64,000 nt of DNA from a virus. A program made the translations under genes and the position numbers. The stretch lies in the IMG/VR virus record IMGVR_UViG_3300008259_000009, one strand, 5' to 3'. Below the pieces are notes generated by a model. That model was not told the origin of the DNA. It was given only the letters and a program-made list of their open reading frames with translations, and made no database searches. Of this stretch, positions 55,776 to 63,795 are shown in pieces (the stretch's first letter is position 1; each line of letters begins with the position of its first letter).

Positions 55776-56090
55776 TTACATACCTCTTCTTGTTCTTACT
55801 TTAAATGGTCTTTGTTTAACTTCTCTATATTTGTCAAACATTTTTTTACCGTGTTCTCCACGACCAAACCATTTAGTGTCTTCTCCGTGCTTAGATTCAA
55901 AATCTTCAAAGTCCTCAAACTTTTCTTCATCAAAGTCTTCATCACCCATATCATCAAAGCTAGCTCTTCTATCTGATTCATCGTACCATTCCTCATCGTC
56001 AAATGAACCAAATTTTTTACCTTCATTGATAACTCGTTTAACGATTCTCATCAAATCAGATTCTGTTAATCTTATAACTCTTTTTGCCAT
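55776..56090 (-). CDS. Acidic protein with long RLTESDL..VKRVINE leader
   Basis: ATATTTAT at 56107-56114. Confidence 0.8.
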   Translation of the reverse strand: MAKRVIRLTESDLMRIVKRVINEGKKFGSFDDEEWYDESDRRASFDDMGDEDFDEEKFEDFEDFESKHGEDTKWFGRGEHGKKMFDKYREVKQRPFKVRTRRGM

Positions 56091-56125
56091 GTTCTATTTT
56101 TTATTTATAAATATTATATAAAAAT

Positions 56126-56149
56126 AAAAAACCCACCTGATGAGGTGGG
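56126..56149 (-). repeat. Terminator+ATATTTAT cassette
   Basis: AAAAAACCCACC-TGATGA-GGTGGG. Confidence 0.8.
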
Positions 56150-56159
56150 AATTAATACA

Positions 56160-56384
56160 TCATAAGAAATATAACCATTTATCCTCAAAATGAGGGTAAT
56201 ACTTGGTAAAATTACGATGTCTGTCAATCATGTCATTCAAATCAACACATAAAATGAATGACCACAACAAAACACCAAGATAATCTACCTCAATCACAGA
56301 TTTAATGGTAAACTCCAAACTAATACCAAGTAAGATGAGACCCATAACCCCATACACAAAATATAAAATCAAACTATTTTTCAT
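56160..56384 (-). CDS. Small membrane protein (2 TM)
   Basis: Hydrophobic 74 aa. Confidence 0.55.
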   Translation of the reverse strand: MKNSLILYFVYGVMGLILLGISLEFTIKSVIEVDYLGVLLWSFILCVDLNDMIDRHRNFTKYYPHFEDKWLYFL

Positions 56385-56407
56385 AAGACAAATATATACA
56401 AAATATT

Positions 56408-56911
56408 TTAACCAAACAAAGATTTTAATATTTCTTTGTCTTCATCACTCAAAGCATTCCACCATTCATCATTATCAATATCAGGTAAACCACCAAAATA
56501 AGAGTCATCAGTCATTCCTGATTCCTTACAAATTTTTGTTCCAACACTTTTTAGAATTATATATTCGTCACATTTATGTTTGTACGGATTTCTAACATTA
56601 TTAAACACCACACTATAATTTAAATCAATGTAGTTAGCCGCACTTGTTAGTATTTCTTCAAGATGAGACGGGACATCATACCTACCTTCATCCCACATTG
56701 TATCATCATAACTTAAATCTTTAATCAAAAAAGGTACCTTATCCCCAATAGCATTTACACGAATAACATAATCAGTGGTGTCTCTTGATTTGAAGTGGTG
56801 TTCATTTACTTTATCAACCTCAAACTTCAAGTCAAGACCATATCTGTCTTTGATAATCTTACTACCAAGAGTATTAAGTATTTTTTCAATTGCCGCGATT
56901 GGGTGTTCCAT
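56408..56911 (-). CDS. Hypothetical protein
   Basis: 167 aa; ATATTTAT at 56917-56924. Confidence 0.7.
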   Translation of the reverse strand: MEHPIAAIEKILNTLGSKIIKDRYGLDLKFEVDKVNEHHFKSRDTTDYVIRVNAIGDKVPFLIKDLSYDDTMWDEGRYDVPSHLEEILTSAANYIDLNYSVVFNNVRNPYKHKCDEYIILKSVGTKICKESGMTDDSYFGGLPDIDNDEWWNALSDEDKEILKSLFG

Positions 56912-56933
56912 ATATGATAAATATATTATAAAT

Positions 56934-56959
56934 AAAAAACCCCACCTGTGAAGATGGGG
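56934..56959 (-). repeat. Terminator+ATATTTAT cassette
   Basis: AAAAAACCCCACC-TGTGAA-GATGGGG. Confidence 0.75.
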
Positions 56960-56987
56960 AGTAATAAAGTTTTAATGAATAAAATGC

Positions 56988-57200
56988 TTACTTCGGACTT
57001 TCTACCGTAAGTTGTGATAATGTTGCGGTAACCCCGCCAACCGCGATTAAATAACCACCCAAAGTAACAAGTGCCGCTGGTAATGCAACAGGTGCCGCTA
57101 CCAAAGCCGCTCCAAGAGCTCCCGCAGTTAACCCTACTTTCTGAACTTTTTTCCAAAAGTCAGGGGTCTTAGCATTCCATCTTTCAAATAAATTTTTCAT
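56988..57200 (-). CDS. Putative holin-like membrane protein
   Basis: KTPDFWKKV then two Ala/Gly-rich TM helices; ATATTTAT at 57215-57222. Confidence 0.55.
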   Translation of the reverse strand: MKNLFERWNAKTPDFWKKVQKVGLTAGALGAALVAAPVALPAALVTLGGYLIAVGGVTATLSQLTVESPK

Positions 57201-57221
57201 AGTTGTTTTTATTAATAAATA

Positions 57222-57581
57222 TCAATAATCTTTAAAATGTCGTTCACCGTTAATATAGTAATAAACTCTACCCACATTAAGTCGGGTATTATGAGTAAAC
57301 CACTCAACAAATATATCAACCCAATTTGCACCAAAAGTTTGAGTTAAGGTATTTGACACCCTACCAAAAATCCATAATGTGTCCTCCTCATTATTATTCT
57401 TATTCAAAGACCAATATTCATAAGCACCATCCCCATCAATATCAAAGTCAATTGCCCCGAATTTATCCATCATATTACGATAATCAATTGCCTTTTCAAA
57501 ACCACCATCAGGGGTATATAGACTATCAAGATAAGATTTGACAGCTAAAGTATATTTGGATTCTGTTATTATTAATTTCAT
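57222..57581 (-). CDS. MKLIITESK leader, WF-motif paralog
   Basis: FVEWFTHNTRLNV C-terminus; paralog of 61092. Confidence 0.75.
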   Translation of the reverse strand: MKLIITESKYTLAVKSYLDSLYTPDGGFEKAIDYRNMMDKFGAIDFDIDGDGAYEYWSLNKNNNEEDTLWIFGRVSNTLTQTFGANWVDIFVEWFTHNTRLNVGRVYYYINGERHFKDY

Positions 57582-57592
57582 ACTAATATATA

Positions 57593-58381
57593 TTATACAA
57601 AGGCGGATATAATATCATCTATTGATAATCCAATAGGGGGTAATCCCAAAAGTTCAATTACTTTTGATTCCGAATAAGTTCTATTCATATAATCACCAAT
57701 AACTTTATTACCATCTCTATTTTGATATAGTAGGTTTTTTTCATTGGTTTTGATTAGATATAATGGTCCATACTTATTAATATAGACATCCAAAATACGA
57801 GGATTTATTAGATTATCAAATTCTATTGGTAAATCATATCTATCATTAATTCTTTCAATCATACCTGTTAAGTCAACACCCAACCTGTCAATGATAAGAT
57901 TTTTTAATTTTGATTCAATTAAAAAACTTTCTTTAATGTTCTTTTTCTTCTTAACATTATATTTGTTCGTTTTACTAGTATAAAAAGCATTTTCATCATC
58001 GCTTTGGCCAGGGTCATGAATAAAGTCATAATCATACTGAACACAATCGCATTTAATACCAAGTTCATCGTATACATACTGAACCAAAACCTTTGAGAAT
58101 AACTTTGTTTTAAACAACGGAATAAATCTCTCCAACATATGAGAAAACTCACCATCCAAAGTTAAATCTCTTTTACATCCTTCGTTTGCCATGGTGGGAG
58201 GAAACCATATTGTCATTGGTGAAATATCGTCAAGGATATTACTTTTACCATAAATATATATTGATTGTATCGTTCTTTCATCATTTTCATACATATTCTC
58301 GTATCTTAACTCACCCAAAATAGTTTTTAGGAGTTTATACGCCACATTCTTATATTGTTTTTTTGTAATTACGACTTTCAC
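57593..58381 (-). CDS. Two-domain protein with MKVVITKKQ leader and internal IKE/LIE junction
   Basis: ATATTTAT at 58386-58393. Confidence 0.72.
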   Translation of the reverse strand: MKVVITKKQYKNVAYKLLKTILGELRYENMYENDERTIQSIYIYGKSNILDDISPMTIWFPPTMANEGCKRDLTLDGEFSHMLERFIPLFKTKLFSKVLVQYVYDELGIKCDCVQYDYDFIHDPGQSDDENAFYTSKTNKYNVKKKKNIKESFLIESKLKNLIIDRLGVDLTGMIERINDRYDLPIEFDNLINPRILDVYINKYGPLYLIKTNEKNLLYQNRDGNKVIGDYMNRTYSESKVIELLGLPPIGLSIDDIISAFV

Positions 58382-58398
58382 AATAATAAATATCTCCG

Positions 58399-58749
58399 TT
58401 ACCTAAACTTATCTTGAATTCTATTGACGAGATGTTTCCTTGCAACATTCATAAAATAATCTTGCACAATATCGGGGGGAACCATATTAAATGGTGTTAT
58501 GTCGTGTGGACTAGGCCAAGATACATTAATTCCTTTCTCAGGGATATTACCTTTTTTATCAATATAAAAGACATATTCAATCCTTCTTTTACGGCCTTCA
58601 ATATTAAACCAAAGATACACCACATAGTATTCTCTACGCATTGTATCTTCGTTCTTATATCCATACTCAGGTGTGACCTCAATATTACCAATCTCTAGTA
58701 ACCTGTCAATGATTTCTTTAGATGTTTTTTCTGTAATTAGGACTTTCAT
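58399..58749 (-). CDS. MKVLITEK leader, EYG paralog family
   Basis: IEVTPEYG..VYLWF..DIVQDYF; paralog of 59200 N-half and 62846. Confidence 0.75.
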   Translation of the reverse strand: MKVLITEKTSKEIIDRLLEIGNIEVTPEYGYKNEDTMRREYYVVYLWFNIEGRKRRIEYVFYIDKKGNIPEKGINVSWPSPHDITPFNMVPPDIVQDYFMNVARKHLVNRIQDKFR

Positions 58750-58770
58750 ATATGATAAATACAATCTTTA

Positions 58771-59139
58771 TCAAAAATTACCTTCGTATGTAAAATTGGT
58801 TGTTAGATTTTTTTCTTTCACGCTAACAACAAAATCAAGATGGGCCATAAACTGACATAACAAATCTCTAATTGATGATAGGTCCTCCTCAATGACATGT
58901 GTTAATTTTTCTTCACCGTCCACAATTTTATAGAATTTGTATCTTGGAGTAAAATCCATTGGACTGTAAAATATCTTCCATTCTTCGTTAATTTGGACAT
59001 CATATATTACCCTATTATCTATTTTGGTAACTGAATTATAAAGAAGGTGGTTATAGTCGGACTTTGTAACGGTGCAGGTCAATCCCTTATAAAGAGATTC
59101 AAACAACTTCTTAATCATTGGTATGTTTTTATCTTCCAT
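58771..59139 (-). CDS. Hypothetical protein
   Basis: 122 aa; TATCTTTG at 59144-59151. Confidence 0.65.
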   Translation of the reverse strand: MEDKNIPMIKKLFESLYKGLTCTVTKSDYNHLLYNSVTKIDNRVIYDVQINEEWKIFYSPMDFTPRYKFYKIVDGEEKLTHVIEEDLSSIRDLLCQFMAHLDFVVSVKEKNLTTNFTYEGNF

Positions 59140-59168
59140 AAAACAAAGATATAAAATTAATATGAAAT

Positions 59169-59192
59169 AAAAAACCCACCTGATGAGATGGG
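59169..59192 (-). repeat. Terminator cassette
   Basis: AAAAAACCCACC-TGATGA-GATGGG, followed here by a TAnnTTTG promoter. Confidence 0.78.
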
Positions 59193-59199
59193 ATATTTT

Positions 59200-60552
59200 T
59201 TATAATGCAATTTTAACCTGTGATTTTAAATAATCAGATTGTTGTACAATTTTTGTTAACAATTTTTTATACTCGGTTGGGTTTTTTGAAGATAGAATGT
59301 CAAAATGTTCTTTCACGAATTTTTCATCATAACCCAAAAGTTTTTTCATGTTAGGTGTTATATCTTTTTTAACACCTTTACCCCAATTAATTATATCGTC
59401 CAAAGTTTTAATGGTCACCTCTTTACCTAAACTTTTCATATATTTTTTTGTATTAGTACTAATACCATTTAATATTTTGGAGGTATTAGCAACAAGTTCT
59501 CTTGGGTGAAAATAATATGAGTTAGAAAAATATTCATCACTATATCTTTTAGTACCTGATTTATATTTTTTCATTAATTTTGAACTAACGGATGATGGGT
59601 CTTTAATATGTGCCAATTCATGATAGAACAATTGGTCAATATCGGTAGGTGACATTTTCTTTACGTTATCTATACTAAACAATAAATAATCATCCACCGC
59701 AAACCCGTAGCTACTACGGTAATTTTCACCCCACCATCTAACGGCATCATCAGATGTTATAAATAATACAGGGACATTTTTAACACCCGTCTTTGTTGTA
59801 ACCTTTACTGAATGTCGTAATGGTTTAATATATTTCCTTAAAGTTAATGCTTTAGTTGCGGATGATGGTATATTTTTTACTTGTGAAGTTATTTTATGAA
59901 TTTGAGATATTTCATCTTTAGTAAATTTAACCCCAAATTTAGAAACAAAATTCGCCATATTAGGTTTTGCGGTTTTTGAGGACTCTAAAGAACTCAAAAA
60001 TTTCTTCCTATCAATTTTTTTACTTAAAAAACTTTGCACAAGTTTATCATATGATTCTTTACCAAATCTTTTAATATAAATCGGTTTTAACGTATTAACA
60101 TAACTTAATATTGGTTTTGTTTCTTTAGTACCTCTAGAAAATAATTTTAAGAAATCCCCCAATACACCTTCGTTAATATTATCATCGGTAACCCACCATT
60201 TTGGGTTGCGACGCCTTTCCTCATACATATCCTCAAGAAATTGTCTTGTTTTCTTAATAAAATAACCATTGACAATATCTTTAGGGAGAAATGAAAACTC
60301 ATCTATTGTCCGAACATCATCATAATAATCAAGTTTACCAATATTATCCACACCACGAACAACATACCAATAACGAAATGGCAATTTAAATTTACGACCA
60401 TTAATGGTGAACCAAATATTAACACCATCATAAACTCTCCCGACAACATCATAAGTTTTTGCGCCATATTCAATTTCGTACTCAATGTTCTTCATCTTCA
60501 GGAGTTTCTCCATTGCACCACTTGTCTGTTCTTCTGAGATAATAATCTTCAT
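59200..60552 (-). CDS. Fusion: EYG-family domain + zincin metallopeptidase, MKIIISEEQ leader
   Basis: FYHELAHIKD plus FHPRELVAN; NINE junction; ATATTTAT at 60557-60564. Confidence 0.8.
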   Translation of the reverse strand: MKIIISEEQTSGAMEKLLKMKNIEYEIEYGAKTYDVVGRVYDGVNIWFTINGRKFKLPFRYWYVVRGVDNIGKLDYYDDVRTIDEFSFLPKDIVNGYFIKKTRQFLEDMYEERRRNPKWWVTDDNINEGVLGDFLKLFSRGTKETKPILSYVNTLKPIYIKRFGKESYDKLVQSFLSKKIDRKKFLSSLESSKTAKPNMANFVSKFGVKFTKDEISQIHKITSQVKNIPSSATKALTLRKYIKPLRHSVKVTTKTGVKNVPVLFITSDDAVRWWGENYRSSYGFAVDDYLLFSIDNVKKMSPTDIDQLFYHELAHIKDPSSVSSKLMKKYKSGTKRYSDEYFSNSYYFHPRELVANTSKILNGISTNTKKYMKSLGKEVTIKTLDDIINWGKGVKKDITPNMKKLLGYDEKFVKEHFDILSSKNPTEYKKLLTKIVQQSDYLKSQVKIAL

Positions 60553-60678
60553 ACCAATAAATATATCATAAAATAAATCGCGGCGGGCGGGGACCAAAAG
60601 AAAAACGACCGAAGGTCGGACACGGTGAACGAAAATTTATCTTTTTTCTCCTTTTTTATTCCAAAATTATATAAGCAT

Positions 60679-60706
60679 AAAAAACCCCACTTATGATGAG
60701 GTGGGG
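60679..60706 (-). repeat. Terminator cassette
   Basis: AAAAAACCCCAC-TTATGATGAG-GTGGGG. Confidence 0.75.
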
Positions 60707-60729
60707 ATTTAATTTAATTCAAAAATTAT

Positions 60730-61038
60730 TTAAAATTCATCTTCATTACCAAGAATATCCTGAATATCGGCCCCATAATAATCAGTAATATAGTTTGCTA
60801 AAATCTCAGATAAGTCATTTTGTAATCTACCCAAAATTTCTTCGGACAAATCCATTGCCATGTCTCTCATAGATTCATCATAACCATCATAATCGTTAAG
60901 AACATCCTTAACCTCTCTAAATATATCTTGTACAGTAATGGTTATAGATGAGCCTCCCATTTCATCATCATCTTCTTTAATAACTCGTTTAACGATTCTT
61001 TTTAAATCTGATTCTGTTAATCTTACAACTTTTTTCAT
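60730..61038 (-). CDS. Acidic protein with long RLTESDL..VKRVIKE leader
   Basis: ATATTTAT at 61055-61062. Confidence 0.8.
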   Translation of the reverse strand: MKKVVRLTESDLKRIVKRVIKEDDDEMGGSSITITVQDIFREVKDVLNDYDGYDESMRDMAMDLSEEILGRLQNDLSEILANYITDYYGADIQDILGNEDEF

Positions 61039-61091
61039 AATATCTTTTTTAATAATAAATATATTGTATTAATAAAAACTCCCACATTATA

Positions 61092-61445
61092 TCAATCATT
61101 CTTAAATGCATCAGCTTTTAAATCGTCATCATAATAACTTGTCCAATCAACCTTAAGTCCCGTGTTTTGTTCAAACCATTTTGTAACCACGGGAACCCAC
61201 TTATTGTGAAACAATCTATTAAGGTCTTGACTCATTTCATTAAATACCATTAATGATTTTCCATCACCCCAATCTGTGTAATAATACATCCGTTCATCAT
61301 TAACATAAAAATTAATATCCCCATGTTTATTAACTTCTTCTCTATAATAATCATCACCAACCCAATTATAGTCGGGGTAAAATTTTAAATCAAGATATCT
61401 AATGATTCCTTGTTCGTACTTAGATTCGGAGATGATTACTTTCAT
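61092..61445 (-). CDS. MKVIISESK leader, WF-motif paralog
   Basis: VTKWFEQNTGLKV; ATATTTAT at 61450-61457. Confidence 0.75.
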   Translation of the reverse strand: MKVIISESKYEQGIIRYLDLKFYPDYNWVGDDYYREEVNKHGDINFYVNDERMYYYTDWGDGKSLMVFNEMSQDLNRLFHNKWVPVVTKWFEQNTGLKVDWTSYYDDDLKADAFKND

Positions 61446-61466
61446 AATGATAAATATACTAAAAAT

Positions 61467-61495
61467 AAAAAACCCCACCTGTTAGGGTGGGGTTT
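61467..61495 (-). repeat. Terminator+ATATTTAT cassette
   Basis: AAAAAACCCCACC-TGTTAG-GGTGGGG. Confidence 0.8.
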
Positions 61496-61517
61496 CAAAG
61501 AATATCTTATAAAACAT

Positions 61518-62069
61518 TTAACGAATATTTCTTATCTCACCAGTGGTGGCGTTATATTCATATTTATTTTTATTATCAATGGTCACAATAACATATGGTG
61601 GTTCAATTTGGGTACTATAATTATAAGAGTCCAATTCTGGATTAATTTCCTCAATTTTTTTCAATATATAATTTTCCATCCATTCTTCCAATTCCCCATG
61701 CAAGATTTCCCTTTGTATTGTATTTTTTATGGAATTACCAATTTTTTTAAATGGTTTTTTAACAGCATCCCATATTTTACCTTCACCAAGCTCTGATTCA
61801 AGGTCTTTTGAGTTTATCTTATTTAAAGCCCATTTCTTTAAATTATGTGCAACATCTTCATCAGCGGTTGCTCGTGAATAATTGCTAACAAATCTAATTT
61901 GTTTGTCCTCATCCATGGAATTAAAGTCAATGTCTTTACCAAGTTCAGTTCTAAGAACATCATTCATAAAATCAGAGACCTCCTCATCAGACCAAATATT
62001 TGATTCTTTAATAACCCTTCTAACAATACGAGTTAACTCTGATTCTGTTAATCTTACAATCTTTTTCAT
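61518..62069 (-). CDS. Protein with long RLTESEL..VRRVIKE leader
   Basis: ATGA coupling with 62066 gene. Confidence 0.8.
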   Translation of the reverse strand: MKKIVRLTESELTRIVRRVIKESNIWSDEEVSDFMNDVLRTELGKDIDFNSMDEDKQIRFVSNYSRATADEDVAHNLKKWALNKINSKDLESELGEGKIWDAVKKPFKKIGNSIKNTIQREILHGELEEWMENYILKKIEEINPELDSYNYSTQIEPPYVIVTIDNKNKYEYNATTGEIRNIR

Positions 62070-62377
62070 TTTTTACATTTATTTTTTTTAAATCTTCTTA
62101 TTTTTGCGCCACAAAGATTAAATTCGTCAGACCTTTCAGCATCTTCTTGAGCGGAAAAAGCTCTATTTAATAAATTCCATTTGTCTTCCATATTATTTAT
62201 TTTACCACATTCAGAATCTTTAATATTTTCAACCTCTTTATATAAAGATTTAATTTCACCCATAAATTCACCGTGATTCATTTTAGCATATTTATGATGA
62301 GGTTTTTCATTTTCACTAATCACTCGTTTAACGATTTTCATCAAATCTGATTCGGTTAATCTTATAACTTTTTTCAT
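62066..62377 (-). CDS. Protein with long RLTESDL..VKRVISE leader
   Basis: ATATTTAT at 62392-62399. Confidence 0.8.
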   Translation of the reverse strand: MKKVIRLTESDLMKIVKRVISENEKPHHKYAKMNHGEFMGEIKSLYKEVENIKDSECGKINNMEDKWNLLNRAFSAQEDAERSDEFNLCGAKIRRFKKNKCKK

Positions 62378-62427
62378 ATTAATTTTTATTTATAAATATT
62401 AGGTAAAAACAAAAAACGGGGGACTAA

Positions 62428-62844
62428 TTAACTACGAACAAACTTATCGGTAGAATAATCATCAATCACTTGTTTAATGGGATAATCATATGTTGATTCA
62501 AACCAAACCTTTAATAAATCATTAAACTTAGAACCAAACATTTCCAACATAGATTTAAAAGAATATTTAGAATAAATTAATAGCGGTGTTTGGAAACCAT
62601 CAACAGGTTCGTTGTATGGGGGGTTCTCAGCATACTGAAATACCCAATCGTCATCTTCCCACCAACTATTATTATCATCATTATCATCAATATTATAAAA
62701 ATTAAGCGGGGAGTAATCAATATAAGTATTCTTATTATAATCATAATAGTCATAATCCCTTTCATGTTCATATAAATTAGCAAACTCTAACATCATACTG
62801 TTGAATAGGGACTGTAATTTATCTTCCGTAATTAATACTTTCAT
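62428..62844 (-). CDS. MKVLITEDK leader, WF-motif paralog
   Basis: LKVWFESTYDYPIKQV. Confidence 0.75.
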   Translation of the reverse strand: MKVLITEDKLQSLFNSMMLEFANLYEHERDYDYYDYNKNTYIDYSPLNFYNIDDNDDNNSWWEDDDWVFQYAENPPYNEPVDGFQTPLLIYSKYSFKSMLEMFGSKFNDLLKVWFESTYDYPIKQVIDDYSTDKFVRS

Positions 62845-62845
62845 C

Positions 62846-63199
62846 TCAATCGTCAAAATTTATTATTGGTAATAACTTATCCAAATAAACTCTTGCTCTC
62901 TCAATAAAGTAACCATTAACAAGTTCCCTGGGGATGGATTCAAACTCATCTGTAATGCTAGCAAGGTCACCATGACTTACCATCTTAATGATATAATCCT
63001 TTTTTGTTTTGAAGGTTACCAATCTTGAATGCTCGTAAATTTGATTGGGATATTTAAACCAAACATTAACAACATCGTATTGTCCACCATCAGTGCTATA
63101 AGACCTAAGCCCATATTCATAATGAATCTCAATACCCCTCTTGTTAAGGATACCCTCAATCATTTTATCTCTATTTGATTCGTTAAGAATGATTTTCAT
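62846..63199 (-). CDS. MKIILNESN leader, EYG paralog family
   Basis: IEIHYEYG..VNVWF..ELVNGYF; ATATTTAT at 63206-63213. Confidence 0.75.
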   Translation of the reverse strand: MKIILNESNRDKMIEGILNKRGIEIHYEYGLRSYSTDGGQYDVVNVWFKYPNQIYEHSRLVTFKTKKDYIIKMVSHGDLASITDEFESIPRELVNGYFIERARVYLDKLLPIINFDD

Positions 63200-63222
63200 A
63201 TACAGATAAATATAATGAAAAT

Positions 63223-63255
63223 AAAAAACCCCCTACATAAAAGAGGGGGTTTTTA
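63223..63255 (-). repeat. Terminator+ATATTTAT cassette
   Basis: AAAAAACCCCC-TACATAAAAGA-GGGGGTTTTT. Confidence 0.75.
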
Positions 63256-63708
63256 TTCACAAACTTCTTTAAGTAACTTTAAATATAAATCTAAAGATAA
63301 GTCATTTTTTGAAATGTTTACAAATTTTGTAACTACAATGGTATTTTCCTTAGTATATCCAATATCGCTATCTAATCTATCTAAAGATAAACTATACCAA
63401 TCTTTCTCATTCATTGAAATTGGTTTTTTGGATATAAAACATTTTCCGTCTTGGGATTTTAATTTCTCAACAATATCATCATCAGTTATCTCAAACACAA
63501 ACCCCTTTCTCGTTGCTCTATGTTTGGCACTCATAACTCTATAATGTATTAGATTATTTGACCTCCACTCCTTTTGTTTTTTTATATACTCATCTTTATC
63601 CCCCCTATTTTTATATTCTTTAGAGAGACAAACTTTACACTTGTTTTTTCTTTTAGGGTAAAAGTTATAAATTTCACTATCCCCACATATTACACAACTA
63701 TATCCCAT
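63253..63708 (-). CDS. Putative His-Me finger (EndoVII/HNH-like) endonuclease
   Basis: N-terminal CxxC..CxxC; QDGKCFIS..SLSLDRLDSDIGYTKENTIVV..VN..K. Confidence 0.75.
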   Translation of the reverse strand: MGYSCVICGDSEIYNFYPKRKNKCKVCLSKEYKNRGDKDEYIKKQKEWRSNNLIHYRVMSAKHRATRKGFVFEITDDDIVEKLKSQDGKCFISKKPISMNEKDWYSLSLDRLDSDIGYTKENTIVVTKFVNISKNDLSLDLYLKLLKEVCE

Positions 63709-63795
63709 ATTTATAAATATCTTAGATAGTGAAAAAAACACAATGTTTTTTTTTTAATATTCCACATTTTTCATCCAGAAATTTTTTTTTTACAT

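Noticed and set aside
8411-62775. Numerous short shadow ORFs (e.g. 8600..9001, 10741..11352, 19761..20213, 40849..41337, 47072..47692, 61410..61796)
   Set aside because: Antisense or alternate-frame overlaps of better-supported genes, with the Ser/Leu/Phe-rich composition typical of reverse-strand reads of AT-rich coding DNA.
54901-63255. CRISPR array
   Set aside because: The repeats are terminator hairpins of variable loop length separated by whole genes (0.4-2.5 kb), not constant repeats with 30-40 nt spacers; no cas genes.
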